Below, piece after piece: positions 1 to 9,964 of a stretch of DNA of 64,000 bases. The position numbers and the translations under genes were made by a program. The notes beneath the pieces are model-generated. The model was given only the letters and a program-made list of their open reading frames with translations, did no database searches and was not told the origin of the DNA. Source of the stretch: a virus (taxonomy: Duplodnaviria; Caudoviricetes). How positions within the stretch are numbered: the first letter of the stretch is position 1; the number at the start of each line of letters is the position of its first letter. The stretch covers positions 32,001-96,000 of the IMG/VR virus record IMGVR_UViG_3300044556_000077; one strand, given 5' to 3'.

Positions 1-246
1 AGACAGGAAGTAAATAACATTGTTAATCCACCTAAAACTCAGGCTGAACTTATTGCAGAATTAACCGCTCAGAATGAAGCTATTCAGTCTGCTATTGACT
101 TTCTGATGAGTACAGCTGTTGGCGATATTGGATCGGATGATACTAGCACTGATGCTAATACTGATAGTGCAAGCTCAAATACTAATGATGCATCTACTAG
201 TACTTCTACTTCCGAGAGTAAATCTGTATCAACTAGTGAATCTTAG
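1..246 (+). CDS. 3' end of a phage tail-associated protein (partial), Ser/Thr-rich C-terminus
   Basis: Frame 1 is open from the window start (RQEVNNIVNPPKTQAELIAELTAQNEAIQSAIDFLM...) to TAG at 244-246; not in the ORF track. Confidence 0.6.
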   Translation, partial: RQEVNNIVNPPKTQAELIAELTAQNEAIQSAIDFLMSTAVGDIGSDDTSTDANTDSASSNTNDASTSTSTSESKSVSTSES

Positions 247-387
247 AGTGCAAGTGCTTCAACAGTTTCTACTACTTCAGAGACTGCAACAGTTTAATAA
301 CGTAAATAACATAGTGTAAATGATATACGGAATTATCTTATAAATTAAATATCAAAGATTAGAGATTATATATAAGGAGGAATTTAT

Positions 388-609
388 ATGGCAGCATATA
401 TTGCAATGAGAGTTGAAATGGGGAAGATGAACTATAACAAAGTATTCAAGTACAAGCTGTATCAACAGTTTAAAGAAGATTGTGATGCTATTCTCGCTGC
501 AGATGGTTATGAGATTAATGAGAAAGGCTGGGCTGTAAAGAGTAAAAGTGATAGTGCTGAGGGTAGCGAGAGTGATGCGAGTGCTAGTGTAAGTACTACG
601 GTTGCGTAA
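388..609 (+). CDS. small tail-associated protein (XkdX/CD1375-like position)
   Basis: AAGGAGG RBS, 73 aa, lies among tail-fibre genes. Confidence 0.55.
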   Translation: MAAYIAMRVEMGKMNYNKVFKYKLYQQFKEDCDAILAADGYEINEKGWAVKSKSDSAEGSESDASASVSTTVA

Positions 610-620
610 GTTGGTGATTA

Positions 621-1373
621 TTGATGGCAATATTTGATTTGCATATGATGCAGAATGGATATGTTTCATATAAAATTGTTCCATGGTCTACTGGCACAGA
701 CGAAGAGATAGTTGCTATGGTAAATGCTGCCGATAATGGATTAATTAAATTAAGTGATTATTGGAAAGTTGGAGATACACGATCAATTAATCTTTCTGCT
801 ATGGACGCTACTGGAGTTGGCGAAAGTCATGCATCTCAAAGTGCTGAGTTTGTATTGATGAATGTTGGAGGTAAAAAGCTTAGTAATGACAAAGAGTGCA
901 ATTTTGTAGTCGGAACGAAGGATAGCCTGAACGAATCAGGACATATGAATTCATCAGATACGAATTCGGGCGGATGGAATTCCTGCAAGAGAAGAACGTG
1001 GTGCAACAGCGTCTTCTATAATGCGATTCCGACGGCACTGAGGCCGATTTTTAAGCAGTTCAAAAATGTTACAGCGTCGGGTGCGTCAACATCGACCACG
1101 ACATCGACAGACTATTTTGCACTTCCTGCTGAAAAAGAAATATTTGGAAGTGTGACATACGCAAATAGCACAGCCGAATCCAGTAACTCGCAGTTTGAGT
1201 GGTACAAGACATCATCGAACCGTGTGAAGAAGGTGAACGGTTCCGCCTACTACTGGTGGGAGCGCTCGCCGGGTACGGGCAACCCCGGTTTCTGTCTTGT
1301 CGGCAGCGGCGGGAGTGCCGACTACGCCAGTTCGGGCTTCACTACTGGGATTTCGCCATTCGGCTGTATTTAA
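621..1373 (+). CDS. DUF6273-like (C-type lectin fold) tail fibre/receptor-binding protein
   Basis: Motifs N.GGW..C..R.W, LP.EKEIFG, YYWWERSP, C-terminal GISPFGCI. Confidence 0.75.
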   Translation: MMAIFDLHMMQNGYVSYKIVPWSTGTDEEIVAMVNAADNGLIKLSDYWKVGDTRSINLSAMDATGVGESHASQSAEFVLMNVGGKKLSNDKECNFVVGTKDSLNESGHMNSSDTNSGGWNSCKRRTWCNSVFYNAIPTALRPIFKQFKNVTASGASTSTTTSTDYFALPAEKEIFGSVTYANSTAESSNSQFEWYKTSSNRVKKVNGSAYYWWERSPGTGNPGFCLVGSGGSADYASSGFTTGISPFGCI

Positions 1374-1410
1374 TTACATATAAAAAATATAAAGCAAGGA
1401 GTTAATAACA

Positions 1411-1665
1411 ATGAAGAATATCGATAAGGGTACAATTATCAGAACAGCCGTGCTGTTCCTCGCAATTATTAATCAGATTCTTTCTGTTATGGGCAAGTCC
1501 CCGCTCCCAATCGATTCTGATCAGCTAACAAATCTGATCTCAACAGGATTCACAACAGTTACCGCCCTGATTGCTTGGTGGAAGAATAACGATTTTACTG
1601 AGGCTGCCAGAATGGGAACTGCTAAGATGAAGAGAATTAAGACTGAAGAAAAGCAGACTGCTTAA
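1411..1665 (+). CDS. holin (SPP1 family)
   Basis: GTIIRT..L.LA.INQ.L...GKSPLPI and AWWKNN.FT signature; two TM helices; precedes endolysin. Confidence 0.9.
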   Translation: MKNIDKGTIIRTAVLFLAIINQILSVMGKSPLPIDSDQLTNLISTGFTTVTALIAWWKNNDFTEAARMGTAKMKRIKTEEKQTA

Positions 1666-1749
1666 TGAACTATTCGGAATTTCCGAACAGTTGAATGCTT
1701 TCCAAAGTAGAAATAATCTAAACTTTTGAAACTGAATATTATGAAATTT

Positions 1750-1785
1750 ATATCGAGTAGGGATTTCTCCCCTACTCGATTTTTT
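1750..1785 (+). terminator. stem-loop between holin and endolysin
   Basis: atcgagtaggg-atttct-cccctactcgat followed by a T run. Confidence 0.5.
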
Positions 1786-1802
1786 AGTATGGAGGTGATT
1801 TT

Positions 1803-2759
1803 ATGACAATTATTAAACCAAACTTTTATAAGCAAATCGCCTCTCCTTGGGCTTCGCACTCTAGAAATGGCTGTACTGTTGCGGGATACGCATGTGGAGA
1901 ATTTTCTGTCTTTAATATTGTTTCTCGCACAACAAAGCATTGGACAAATCCTCTTCAGGTGTGGAATTGGGCGTGGAATCATGGTCTGATTCTTAAGGGA
2001 GCTGGAACATACTGGTCTGGAATTGGTGCTATGCTCAATGCAGCTGGTATTAAAACATGGAAGACAACAACTAACTGGTCTGAAGTTCACGATGCTTTAC
2101 GGCACAATAAATGGTGTATTGGCATTATGCATCCGGGTATTTGGACTCGTGGTGGACATTTTATTGTTGCCTATTACGTAGACAAAAATGATAATATCTA
2201 CATTTCTGATAGTGCTAGTTATGCAGGATATCGTCAGTTTAATAGATGGTCTAACTTTAAAGCACAATGTAATAATGTTTGGGTTGTTGTAGATCCGAGA
2301 GATTACATTAAAGGTTCTGTAGGTAAATCCACAGGAGATCACACTGCTGTGCTTTACACAGACAACGATGAAGCTAATGTTAGAAAATCTGCTAGTGGAA
2401 ACTCCGCTCTTGTGACTACACTTAAGAAGAACGAAAAGCTTAAGCTTGACAATTATTCTGCGGGATGGTGGAAGATTATTAAAGGTAAAGGTAAAAGCGG
2501 ATGGATTCATGAATCTAATCTGTCTAAGTACAAACAGGTATCTTATACTTATAAGCTGAAATACGCTATGAATGTAAGAGATGGATATTCTACACAGGCG
2601 AAAGTGCTTGAAACAATCAAGGCTGGCACTGTACTTACTTGTAAGAAGCAGAGAGGTAATTGGGCTTACTTTAAGAAGCAAAAGGGATTAGCTAATTCTG
2701 GATGGATTAAGATTAGAGAATCTTCTGGAAAAGAATATCTCAACAAAGTAAAGAAGTAA
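1803..2759 (+). CDS. endolysin: C39-like cysteine peptidase plus two SH3b domains
   Basis: GC...ACG, GHFIV, DS catalytic pattern; two NVR...GW(I) SH3 repeats; follows holin. Confidence 0.85.
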   Translation: MTIIKPNFYKQIASPWASHSRNGCTVAGYACGEFSVFNIVSRTTKHWTNPLQVWNWAWNHGLILKGAGTYWSGIGAMLNAAGIKTWKTTTNWSEVHDALRHNKWCIGIMHPGIWTRGGHFIVAYYVDKNDNIYISDSASYAGYRQFNRWSNFKAQCNNVWVVVDPRDYIKGSVGKSTGDHTAVLYTDNDEANVRKSASGNSALVTTLKKNEKLKLDNYSAGWWKIIKGKGKSGWIHESNLSKYKQVSYTYKLKYAMNVRDGYSTQAKVLETIKAGTVLTCKKQRGNWAYFKKQKGLANSGWIKIRESSGKEYLNKVKK

Positions 2760-2949
2760 TAATAAATTTGGGATTGAGGTGTATGTTTTAGGACTGCACT
2801 GGGAGAGTCACTCTGTGGCTCTCTGTTATAATAATAGATTTGCTAAAATGCCGTGCGGTTGTCCACACGACTTTTAGATATATTAATGTTTAGTGTTTCT
2901 ATGTGAACATCTATTCTATTAATCTTTTTTCCTTTCAATACAATTCGTT

Positions 2950-2983
2950 AAGGGTAGTAACGGTGTGTACTTACTACCCTTTC
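2950..2983 (+). terminator. intrinsic terminator-like hairpin
   Basis: agggtagtaa...ttactaccct followed by tt. Confidence 0.5.
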
Positions 2984-2986
2984 TGA

Positions 2987-3062
2987 TGCGGAGTGGTGAA
3001 ACGGCTAACACAATGGACTTTGACTCCATCACTCATGGGTTCGACTCCCATCTCCGTAGCCA
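2987..3062 (+). tRNA. tRNA-Gln(TTG)
   Basis: Acceptor TGCGGAG/CTCCGTA, anticodon arm ATGGA-CTTTGAC-TCCAT, GGTTCGACTCC T-arm, encoded CCA. Confidence 0.92.
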
Positions 3063-3116
3063 ATTTTGAAGTTATTACAGGAATTAAAATGATACATATA
3101 TAAAGGAAGTGATTTA

Positions 3117-4607
3117 TTGGCAAAACGAGGTAGACCGAAAGGTAGTACAACTAAAAAGAAAATGCTTACCCCAAAACAGGAGCGATTACAGCTCCAAGCA
3201 GCTAATAAGAAAACTTCTCAGGAAATGACAGCTGCTGAGTCTAGAGCAGAAGTAAGAAGACTCCGTTCTATTATTCAGGACTTGAAAGATGGTGAATATC
3301 ATCAGTGTCGTATGTGCGGTGAGTATTTAAGAAATGATAAATTTTACCTTAGTACGGAAGAGGGTATTATTACACATGTTACCCCTATTTGCAAGGAATG
3401 CGCATTAGATGTTGCTATGCGTAAGGATTTGAATGGAGAGAGACATGAACCTACTAAGGAAAGCTTAATTGAAGCTCTTCAGTATTTAAATAAGCCTTTT
3501 ATTAATGTAATATACAATGCAGCCTTGCAACAGGCTAATAATTATAATGCAACACAAAGACAAACTAACTTTGCCAAGTGCTATTTTAGAATTATGCAGA
3601 TGCAGCAGTACGCAGGACTCCAGTTTGCTGATTCAGATTTCTTCAAAGATGGTCATGGTATCTCAATGAAGGAAGATGAGACTACAGGTAAAACACTTGA
3701 AGCATCTACTAGACAGCAGTTTTTACAGGATAAAGAAGATATTATCAGGTTACTTCATTACGATCCATTCTGTAACGAAGCACTTGAAGATCAGCCTTTT
3801 CTATATTCACAGCTTGTTGGATTGCTTGATTCCAGTGAAGATGCAAATGAAGATATGATGAGAAATGCAAGCTGTATTTCTATTGTTCGTGGGTTTCTTC
3901 AGGTGTCTAAGCTAGATGATGCTATTGCTGATGCGATGGCTAACAAGACAACAGTTTCTCAGAGTGCCCCTACGATTAAGAATCTGCAGGACTCTAAACA
4001 GAAACTGCTTACTGGCATTACAAAGTTAGCAGAAGAAAACTGTATCTCTCTCGCCCATTCCCGTAATTCTGGTAAGGGTGAAAATACATGGACTGGTAAA
4101 CTCAAGAAGATTAAAGATTTGAATCTCAGAGAGGCGGAAGTTAATGGTTTCGACATGGAGACATGCCGTGGCATGAGACAAGTCATGGATATGAGTAACC
4201 AGTCTATTATGCAAGCTCTCAGATTAGATGAATCAGAGTACTCTGATATGATTGCAGATCAGAGACAGATGATTACCGATCTTGAGAGAAAGAAAGAAGA
4301 TTTTAAAGAACTTTCACGTATTCTTTTGAGAGAAAATCTTGATCTTAAGGATACGATGGAAGAACATAATTTACTTCAGGGAAAGAACTTGATTGATTTG
4401 AATGAGCTGTATTCTAGGTACGCTAACAATAACCATGCAGGAGAAGAAGTACTTGAAGATGTTATTGAGGATGAAGAAGATAATAATGAAGATACCGAAT
4501 CTGAGAATAAGATTGAATTCAGTGAGAAAAGTACCGAAACCGGGAATAATTCAAACGCCGAATTTACAGAAGATTCAGTAGAAAGTGACGGTGATACAAA
4601 TGGATAG
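3117..4607 (+). CDS. Zn-finger protein immediately upstream of terminase (possible small terminase/packaging factor)
   Basis: AT-hook-like KRGRPKG, CxxC...CxxC; overlaps the terminase start. Confidence 0.55.
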   Translation: MAKRGRPKGSTTKKKMLTPKQERLQLQAANKKTSQEMTAAESRAEVRRLRSIIQDLKDGEYHQCRMCGEYLRNDKFYLSTEEGIITHVTPICKECALDVAMRKDLNGERHEPTKESLIEALQYLNKPFINVIYNAALQQANNYNATQRQTNFAKCYFRIMQMQQYAGLQFADSDFFKDGHGISMKEDETTGKTLEASTRQQFLQDKEDIIRLLHYDPFCNEALEDQPFLYSQLVGLLDSSEDANEDMMRNASCISIVRGFLQVSKLDDAIADAMANKTTVSQSAPTIKNLQDSKQKLLTGITKLAEENCISLAHSRNSGKGENTWTGKLKKIKDLNLREAEVNGFDMETCRGMRQVMDMSNQSIMQALRLDESEYSDMIADQRQMITDLERKKEDFKELSRILLRENLDLKDTMEEHNLLQGKNLIDLNELYSRYANNNHAGEEVLEDVIEDEEDNNEDTESENKIEFSEKSTETGNNSNAEFTEDSVESDGDTNG

Positions 4608-4908
4608 TATCACAACAATGATCCAAAATAACGAGATAGATAGAAATGGCGTAATTGCAAAGGTCGAAAACGATCCTAGCAAGTTATGCATTCAGAATGA
4701 TTTAGTTTACGTGCGACCGGGAGTTTTCTCTATGTCAAAACGTAAGTTAGATTCATTAAAACACATTGCTGCTATTCAGAAGTATTATCAGTGCAACCCT
4801 GTTAGGTTTGTATCTGATTTCTTTGGAATAGAACTGCTTGACAGCCAGTCATTCATATTAACTAGAACATGGGTATGCCCTCATGTTTTACTAGTGTGCT
4901 CAAGAGGT
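4600..4908 (+). CDS. terL: terminase large subunit, exon 1
   Basis: NPVRFV..FFGIEL..Q; ends VCSRG, the first half of Walker A; joins in frame to 5887. Confidence 0.9.
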
Positions 4909-5886
4909 TGACGATTTATAAAAGCCTCACTGCCTAGTAATAGGTAGATAGAAGAAAGGAAAATCGGTGAAGGCTAAGTAATAAAATTATATGCTAATAC
5001 CGAGAATGAAACAATATTTTGTAAAAACATGGAGGGGTCATATGAACCTAAATAAATATATTAAAAATGATAGAGAATTAAAAGGTGCTATAATCGGTAG
5101 TATAATGGGTGATTTAGGAATTTGTAAGAAAGAAGGAAAAAATACAAACGCTTGGTTTACAATGACACATGGAGCAGAGCAAAAAGATTATTTAAAATTT
5201 AAATCAGATATATTAGAAATGCATCCATTGGTCAAGATGAAAATGTATAAAAGAACTACACATCTAAAAAAAACAGAACGTGATTATTTACAATTTCAAT
5301 CAACATCCAATAATAATAAATATGCTACTTATTTATATAATTTAATATATCCAAATAAAAAGAAAATTGTAAATAAGAAAATTTTAGACCAAATAACGGA
5401 TTTTGGTCTTTTTTTATGGTATTTAGATGACGGATATTTAAATATTCGCAGATATCCAGATGGAAAAATTAAAGAATACCGTATTTTCTTATACACAATG
5501 AATTTTAAATTTAATGAAGTTGTAATGATTAGAGATTGGTTTATAGAAAAATATAACATATCCCCTAACATTAACAAAAAACAAAATGGTTATATTTTAT
5601 ATTTTAATTCAAAAAAGACAAGAGATTTTATGGAAATCATAAATAAGTATTATAACTTAGTACCTTGTTTAAACAGAAAATTTCTATGTGAATATATTTA
5701 ACAAAAGTTTCATTTGTAACGCATAGTGGCTGACGAATAGAATAATGCCACCACGAGTCCTTTCCATCTGACCAAGTAATGTTGAAGATGAAAATATATG
5801 CTAGACTGAATTGGAATTGACCAATTGATGAAAATGAGGGAAACTTCCAGAGCTAAAGATAAAAAACTTTAGGTTAATAACAATCG
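4909..5886 (+). ncRNA. group I intron 1 in terL (978 nt, carries a homing endonuclease)
   Basis: Exon GAGGU pairs with IGS GCCUC (U.G); P3 gaaagga/tcctttc; P4 atcggt/accga; P7 gcata/tatgc; terminal G at 5886; splicing gives VCSRG|FGKST. Confidence 0.92.
5042..5701 (+). CDS. intron-encoded LAGLIDADG homing endonuclease (two-motif, LAGLIDADG_2-like)
   Basis: GAIIGSIMGD and LFLWYLDDG motifs; RBS GGAGGGG before ATG 5042; AT-rich; enclosed by stem aatgaaac/gtttcatt. Confidence 0.9.
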   Translation: MNLNKYIKNDRELKGAIIGSIMGDLGICKKEGKNTNAWFTMTHGAEQKDYLKFKSDILEMHPLVKMKMYKRTTHLKKTERDYLQFQSTSNNNKYATYLYNLIYPNKKKIVNKKILDQITDFGLFLWYLDDGYLNIRRYPDGKIKEYRIFLYTMNFKFNEVVMIRDWFIEKYNISPNINKKQNGYILYFNSKKTRDFMEIINKYYNLVPCLNRKFLCEYI

Positions 5887-7506
5887 TTTGGAAAATCAAC
5901 ACTAATTGATATTATGATAATGGCTAAAGGTATGCTGTTTAACAATTACTGGAGCTACATTTGTTCTGGTTCTGGTTCTCAGGCACAGCAAACATTTACT
6001 ACTCTTGAACGTATTGCTAACAATAATATTGATACAATGGTTGGCTCTACAGGAGAGATATTTAAAGCAGAAGTTGAAATTAAAAATGCAGTTGGAGATG
6101 GATTTTCTCACTCCTCTGATGGTTTTAGATATAACCTTTATAATGGTTCGTTTACACAAACTCTAAATTCTAATGTCGATAAAAAAAGAGGTTTAAGAGG
6201 TAACGTCATCTTCGATGAGAGCGGATTCCTCTCAGAAGAAATGATGCAGACTTATGGTGCATTTGCTATTGTAAACAAATCATTTAAAACTGGTAAAAAC
6301 CGTGAAGGTAAACAGCTTGACGATATCAGGCTTAAGACTATTCCAGATGAAATCTCTAACCAACAATTTTATATTTCATCTGCATCTTCCACGGATACGG
6401 AGTTTTATCGTTTGTATAGAGATTATGCAAAGCGAATGATTATGGGTGATCCAGACTACTTTGTAGCGCAGTTCGATTGTGAAGCTTGCTTCTCCCCTAC
6501 TGTGCATGGTAAGAAAATTGCTCCGCTGCTTGAGAAATCAACGGTTGAATCTGCTATGCGTACAAATCCTGAAAAAGCAAGAAGAGAATACTATTGTCAA
6601 TTTACATCTGACGGTGGTAACAACGCTATTGTTCGCAGAGGAGTTATTGCTCGTAATGAAGAAGTAAGAAAACCTATTTTATATAACGATACTGGTAAAC
6701 GTAAGATTGTAATGGCTTACGACCCTGCTAGATCACGAGACAACTCGGTTATTCTTATCGGTGAAATCTATGACGATGGAAAAGATGGAAAGCATGATAA
6801 GAAATTGAGACTGCTTAATTGTGTTACTCTTGCAGATATTGGTAAGAAGAATCATACACCTATGCAGACTCCAGATCAGATTAAATATTTAAAACAACTG
6901 ATTCTGGATTATAACATGGGTGGAGATGATAAATACAGTAACATTGAAGGTATTTACATTGATGCAGGAGCTGGTGGATCAGGAGTTAATATTGCAGACT
7001 ATCTGATGGCAGATTGGGAAGATGAGAAAGGTGAAACACACAGAGGATTGATCGATAAAGAATACTCCGCTGATTATGTTCGCAAGTTCCCTAATGCTGT
7101 TGATAAAGTACATCTGATTCCCCCATCAAAGTTTAAATCTATTATCTATGAAGCAACAATTGAAATGCTGAATCAGGATAAAATCAGTTTTACTGCTACG
7201 TATGACAACAAAGGTTATCTTACTCTCATTAATACAAATGAAAAAATTCTCAATAGAGAAAAGAAGAAAATACTAAAGGATCTTGAGAAAGAGAATATTC
7301 CAGAAGATGAAAAACAGGATGAATTAAACAGGCGTTTACTTCAGGTATCCTGCGTTGAAACTAAGATGGAAAAACTTTCTTGGCAAGAGGAATTAGCATT
7401 GGAAAATATAGATGCTCTGAAAGAAGAGCTTGTTAATATGGTCAGAATCAAGCGAGAGAATAGAGATTCGTTTGAGTTATGTGCTGAGAAAAGGAATAAA
7501 CTGCAT
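5887..7506 (+). CDS. terL: terminase large subunit, exon 2
   Basis: FGKST, RGLRGNVIFDES (Walker B), YISSA, AYDPARSRD, IDAG nuclease motifs. Confidence 0.92.
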
Positions 7507-7719
7507 AAACATCGTTGTGCAGATGTGGCATAATCCATAAACCACATTAGGAAATTTAATCTGATTGACTTGGAACGCCAGAGGTGGCAGACAGGGCGCA
7601 AGCGTAATGGCAGCGTGAACGACTGAGTGATTAAATCTCATAGGATATTACATGAGAATGCGACAGTCTGAACTTCCGATATAACCTAACATTTATAGAA
7701 GTCGGAGATAACAAAAGCG
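7507..7719 (+). ncRNA. group I intron 2 in terL (213 nt, no ORF)
   Basis: P1 CUGCAU/GUGCAG; P3 atttaatc/gattaaat; P7 gactg/cagtc; ends in G; splicing gives KLH|DDRSYTLA. Confidence 0.9.
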
Positions 7720-7881
7720 GACGACAGATCGTACACTCTAGCTCTTTTAGGCTATTCTTTAGATCAAGCACGTAAACAAGACTATCTTAACTCACATAAA
7801 CGAGAAAAACAAACGTCTGGATTAGCAAAGTTATTTGCTTCTCAGGCAAAGAAAGCAACGAGGAAAACTGGCATATTCTAG
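7720..7881 (+). CDS. terL: terminase large subunit, exon 3 (spliced protein ~696 aa)
   Basis: DDRSYTLALLGYSLDQARK...GIF*; supplies the final catalytic aspartates. Confidence 0.88.
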   Translation, partial: DDRSYTLALLGYSLDQARKQDYLNSHKREKQTSGLAKLFASQAKKATRKTGIF

Positions 7882-7923
7882 TCTTCCTTTATCTAGGGAT
7901 TAATTTTAGAAAGGAGGTTTTGT

Positions 7924-9711
7924 ATGCCAGAAGTCTCAAACAATAATACTCAGAATAAGCGTAGACGGTCTAATTCAAAATATAAAAAGAAGAAGACTCA
8001 ATCATACAGCAAAGGTTCGAAGTTTCGTTCTAAGCAGAATAAAAATGCTAAAAATAACATTAAGAAACCTGATTTTGAGTTGCCGAAGCAGAATTTTAAC
8101 AAGACTATTGTTGAAAGCGAAAAAGAGATCAAGCAGAAAGAAAAAGATGAAAAGCGTCAACTCTCTGTTACCCAGTTGAGAAATTGGTATCAGAAGAATT
8201 CTAAAGAAATCGAGCGTTTCAAGAATGCCGAAGCACTTAAGCAACTTGGTATTCCTTCTAAGGAAAGAACTGCTTCTGCTACTACGTTTAGTAAGACAAA
8301 GCTGAGAACATATCTGAAGAACCCTATCAGAAACTATAAGAATCTTAGGAATCTAAGCAGATACTTAAGATATCGTTCTCAAGCTTATAGAAGATTAATC
8401 ACATACAATGCTTCAATGATTAATCTGAATTACAGAAGCGTAATCCCTCTTGTAGATATTAATAAGATGGATCGCTCTACTAATAAAAAGAAGACAATTA
8501 AGAGTTATTACAATACTCTTGAATGTCTTGAAGTAATGAATCTCCCTTTGGAGTTTTACAAGGTTTATATCACCTGTTGGACGGAAGATGTATTCTTTGG
8601 ATGTGCCTACTTTGATAAGGCGAACAATGAATTCTTTATTCTGCCATTAGACCCAGATTATTGTAAAACTATTGGTATCTACCCTACTGGTGACTTGGCA
8701 TTTGATATGGACATGTCCTACTTCGATTCAAGACAGGATATTCTTGAACTTTGGGGTGAGCCGTTTCAATCGATGTATAAAGAGTATCAGAAAGATACAG
8801 TAAATAATAAGTGGGTACAAATGCCAGATCAGTATTGTGTATGTTTGAAGCAAAATATTGATGACTGGGAAACTCCTATTCCACCTTACATTGCATTATT
8901 CAACTCTCTGATTAATTTAGAGGATCTTGTTGATATCACGGCAATTGCAGATGAACAGCAGATTTATAAAATGATTGTTGCTCAGATGGATACAATTACC
9001 GGATCTGCGGAAAGAGATGATTTTACTGTAGACCCTTATACAGCGATTGAGTATTTTAACAGATTGAAAGATCAGCTCCCTGATTATACAGAAGCTGTGC
9101 TCTCACCTCTCAAGCTTGATACGATCTCATTCGACAATGACCAGACTACAGATGTTAATAAGGTAGAGAATGCTACTAAGGCAGTATTTAATACATCTGG
9201 TGGCGCACAAGTTTTGAACTCTTCTACTATTAGTGGAACAACAGCTTGGAATGGTGCTATCAGATCGGATGAAGAATTTGCTTTGTCTTCTCTCCTTCCA
9301 CAGACAGAATCATGGATTAACAGGTTCTTGGCTTGTTATATTTCTAATCCTTCTAAGGTTAAGTTCTTGGAAACAACAAGATACACAGTGAATGACTTTA
9401 AGACATCTCTCCTGAAGGATGCAACTTATGGTCTTCCAAACAAGCTGATTATCAATTCTCTGAATGGATTGTCAGAGCTTGAAACAATCAGTCTGAATTA
9501 TCTTGAGGAAGACTGCCTTGGACTGAGTAGTAAATTCGTTCCACTTCAGAGCAGTAATACAATGAACACTGGCAACTTAAGTAACGATCCTGATTCCAAT
9601 AAGAAGACAGACCCTACTGCCAGTGATGGTTCTGAGGGAGCACCTAGTAAGGATGATACAGCATTAACAGATGAAGGTGAAGCTTCTAGAGACAAGAGAG
9701 ATCAAAGCTAG
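7924..9711 (+). CDS. portal protein
   Basis: Follows terL, 595 aa, LR.LSRYL...S..YRRLI.Y motif, AAGGAGG RBS. Confidence 0.8.
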   Translation: MPEVSNNNTQNKRRRSNSKYKKKKTQSYSKGSKFRSKQNKNAKNNIKKPDFELPKQNFNKTIVESEKEIKQKEKDEKRQLSVTQLRNWYQKNSKEIERFKNAEALKQLGIPSKERTASATTFSKTKLRTYLKNPIRNYKNLRNLSRYLRYRSQAYRRLITYNASMINLNYRSVIPLVDINKMDRSTNKKKTIKSYYNTLECLEVMNLPLEFYKVYITCWTEDVFFGCAYFDKANNEFFILPLDPDYCKTIGIYPTGDLAFDMDMSYFDSRQDILELWGEPFQSMYKEYQKDTVNNKWVQMPDQYCVCLKQNIDDWETPIPPYIALFNSLINLEDLVDITAIADEQQIYKMIVAQMDTITGSAERDDFTVDPYTAIEYFNRLKDQLPDYTEAVLSPLKLDTISFDNDQTTDVNKVENATKAVFNTSGGAQVLNSSTISGTTAWNGAIRSDEEFALSSLLPQTESWINRFLACYISNPSKVKFLETTRYTVNDFKTSLLKDATYGLPNKLIINSLNGLSELETISLNYLEEDCLGLSSKFVPLQSSNTMNTGNLSNDPDSNKKTDPTASDGSEGAPSKDDTALTDEGEASRDKRDQS

Positions 9712-9725
9712 AAAGAAGGATTCAG

Positions 9726-9947
9726 ATGGATACGAAGTTAGATAAGCGTGACAGTAATTTCATTATTGCTGCCAATGAATATACGTTAGAACGACTGTTG
9801 AAAGCGGGTTCTTGTTTGGTATCAAAGTTCAATTCTGGGAACACTGAGTATTATGTACTGACTAATACATGTTCAGCATTTGATATGGATACGTTTTCTC
9901 AGGATGAGAAGATGAACTTTGCCTACTCTAACAAGGCTTTCTTTTAA
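9726..9947 (+). CDS. small hypothetical head-module protein
   Basis: 73 aa ORF between portal and protease. Confidence 0.55.
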   Translation: MDTKLDKRDSNFIIAANEYTLERLLKAGSCLVSKFNSGNTEYYVLTNTCSAFDMDTFSQDEKMNFAYSNKAFF

Positions 9948-9964
9948 GTAAGGAGTTTTTTATT

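Noticed and set aside
4991-5041. ORF-track start of the homing endonuclease at 4991
   Set aside because: It overlaps intron P4/P5 elements; the RBS supports ATG 5042
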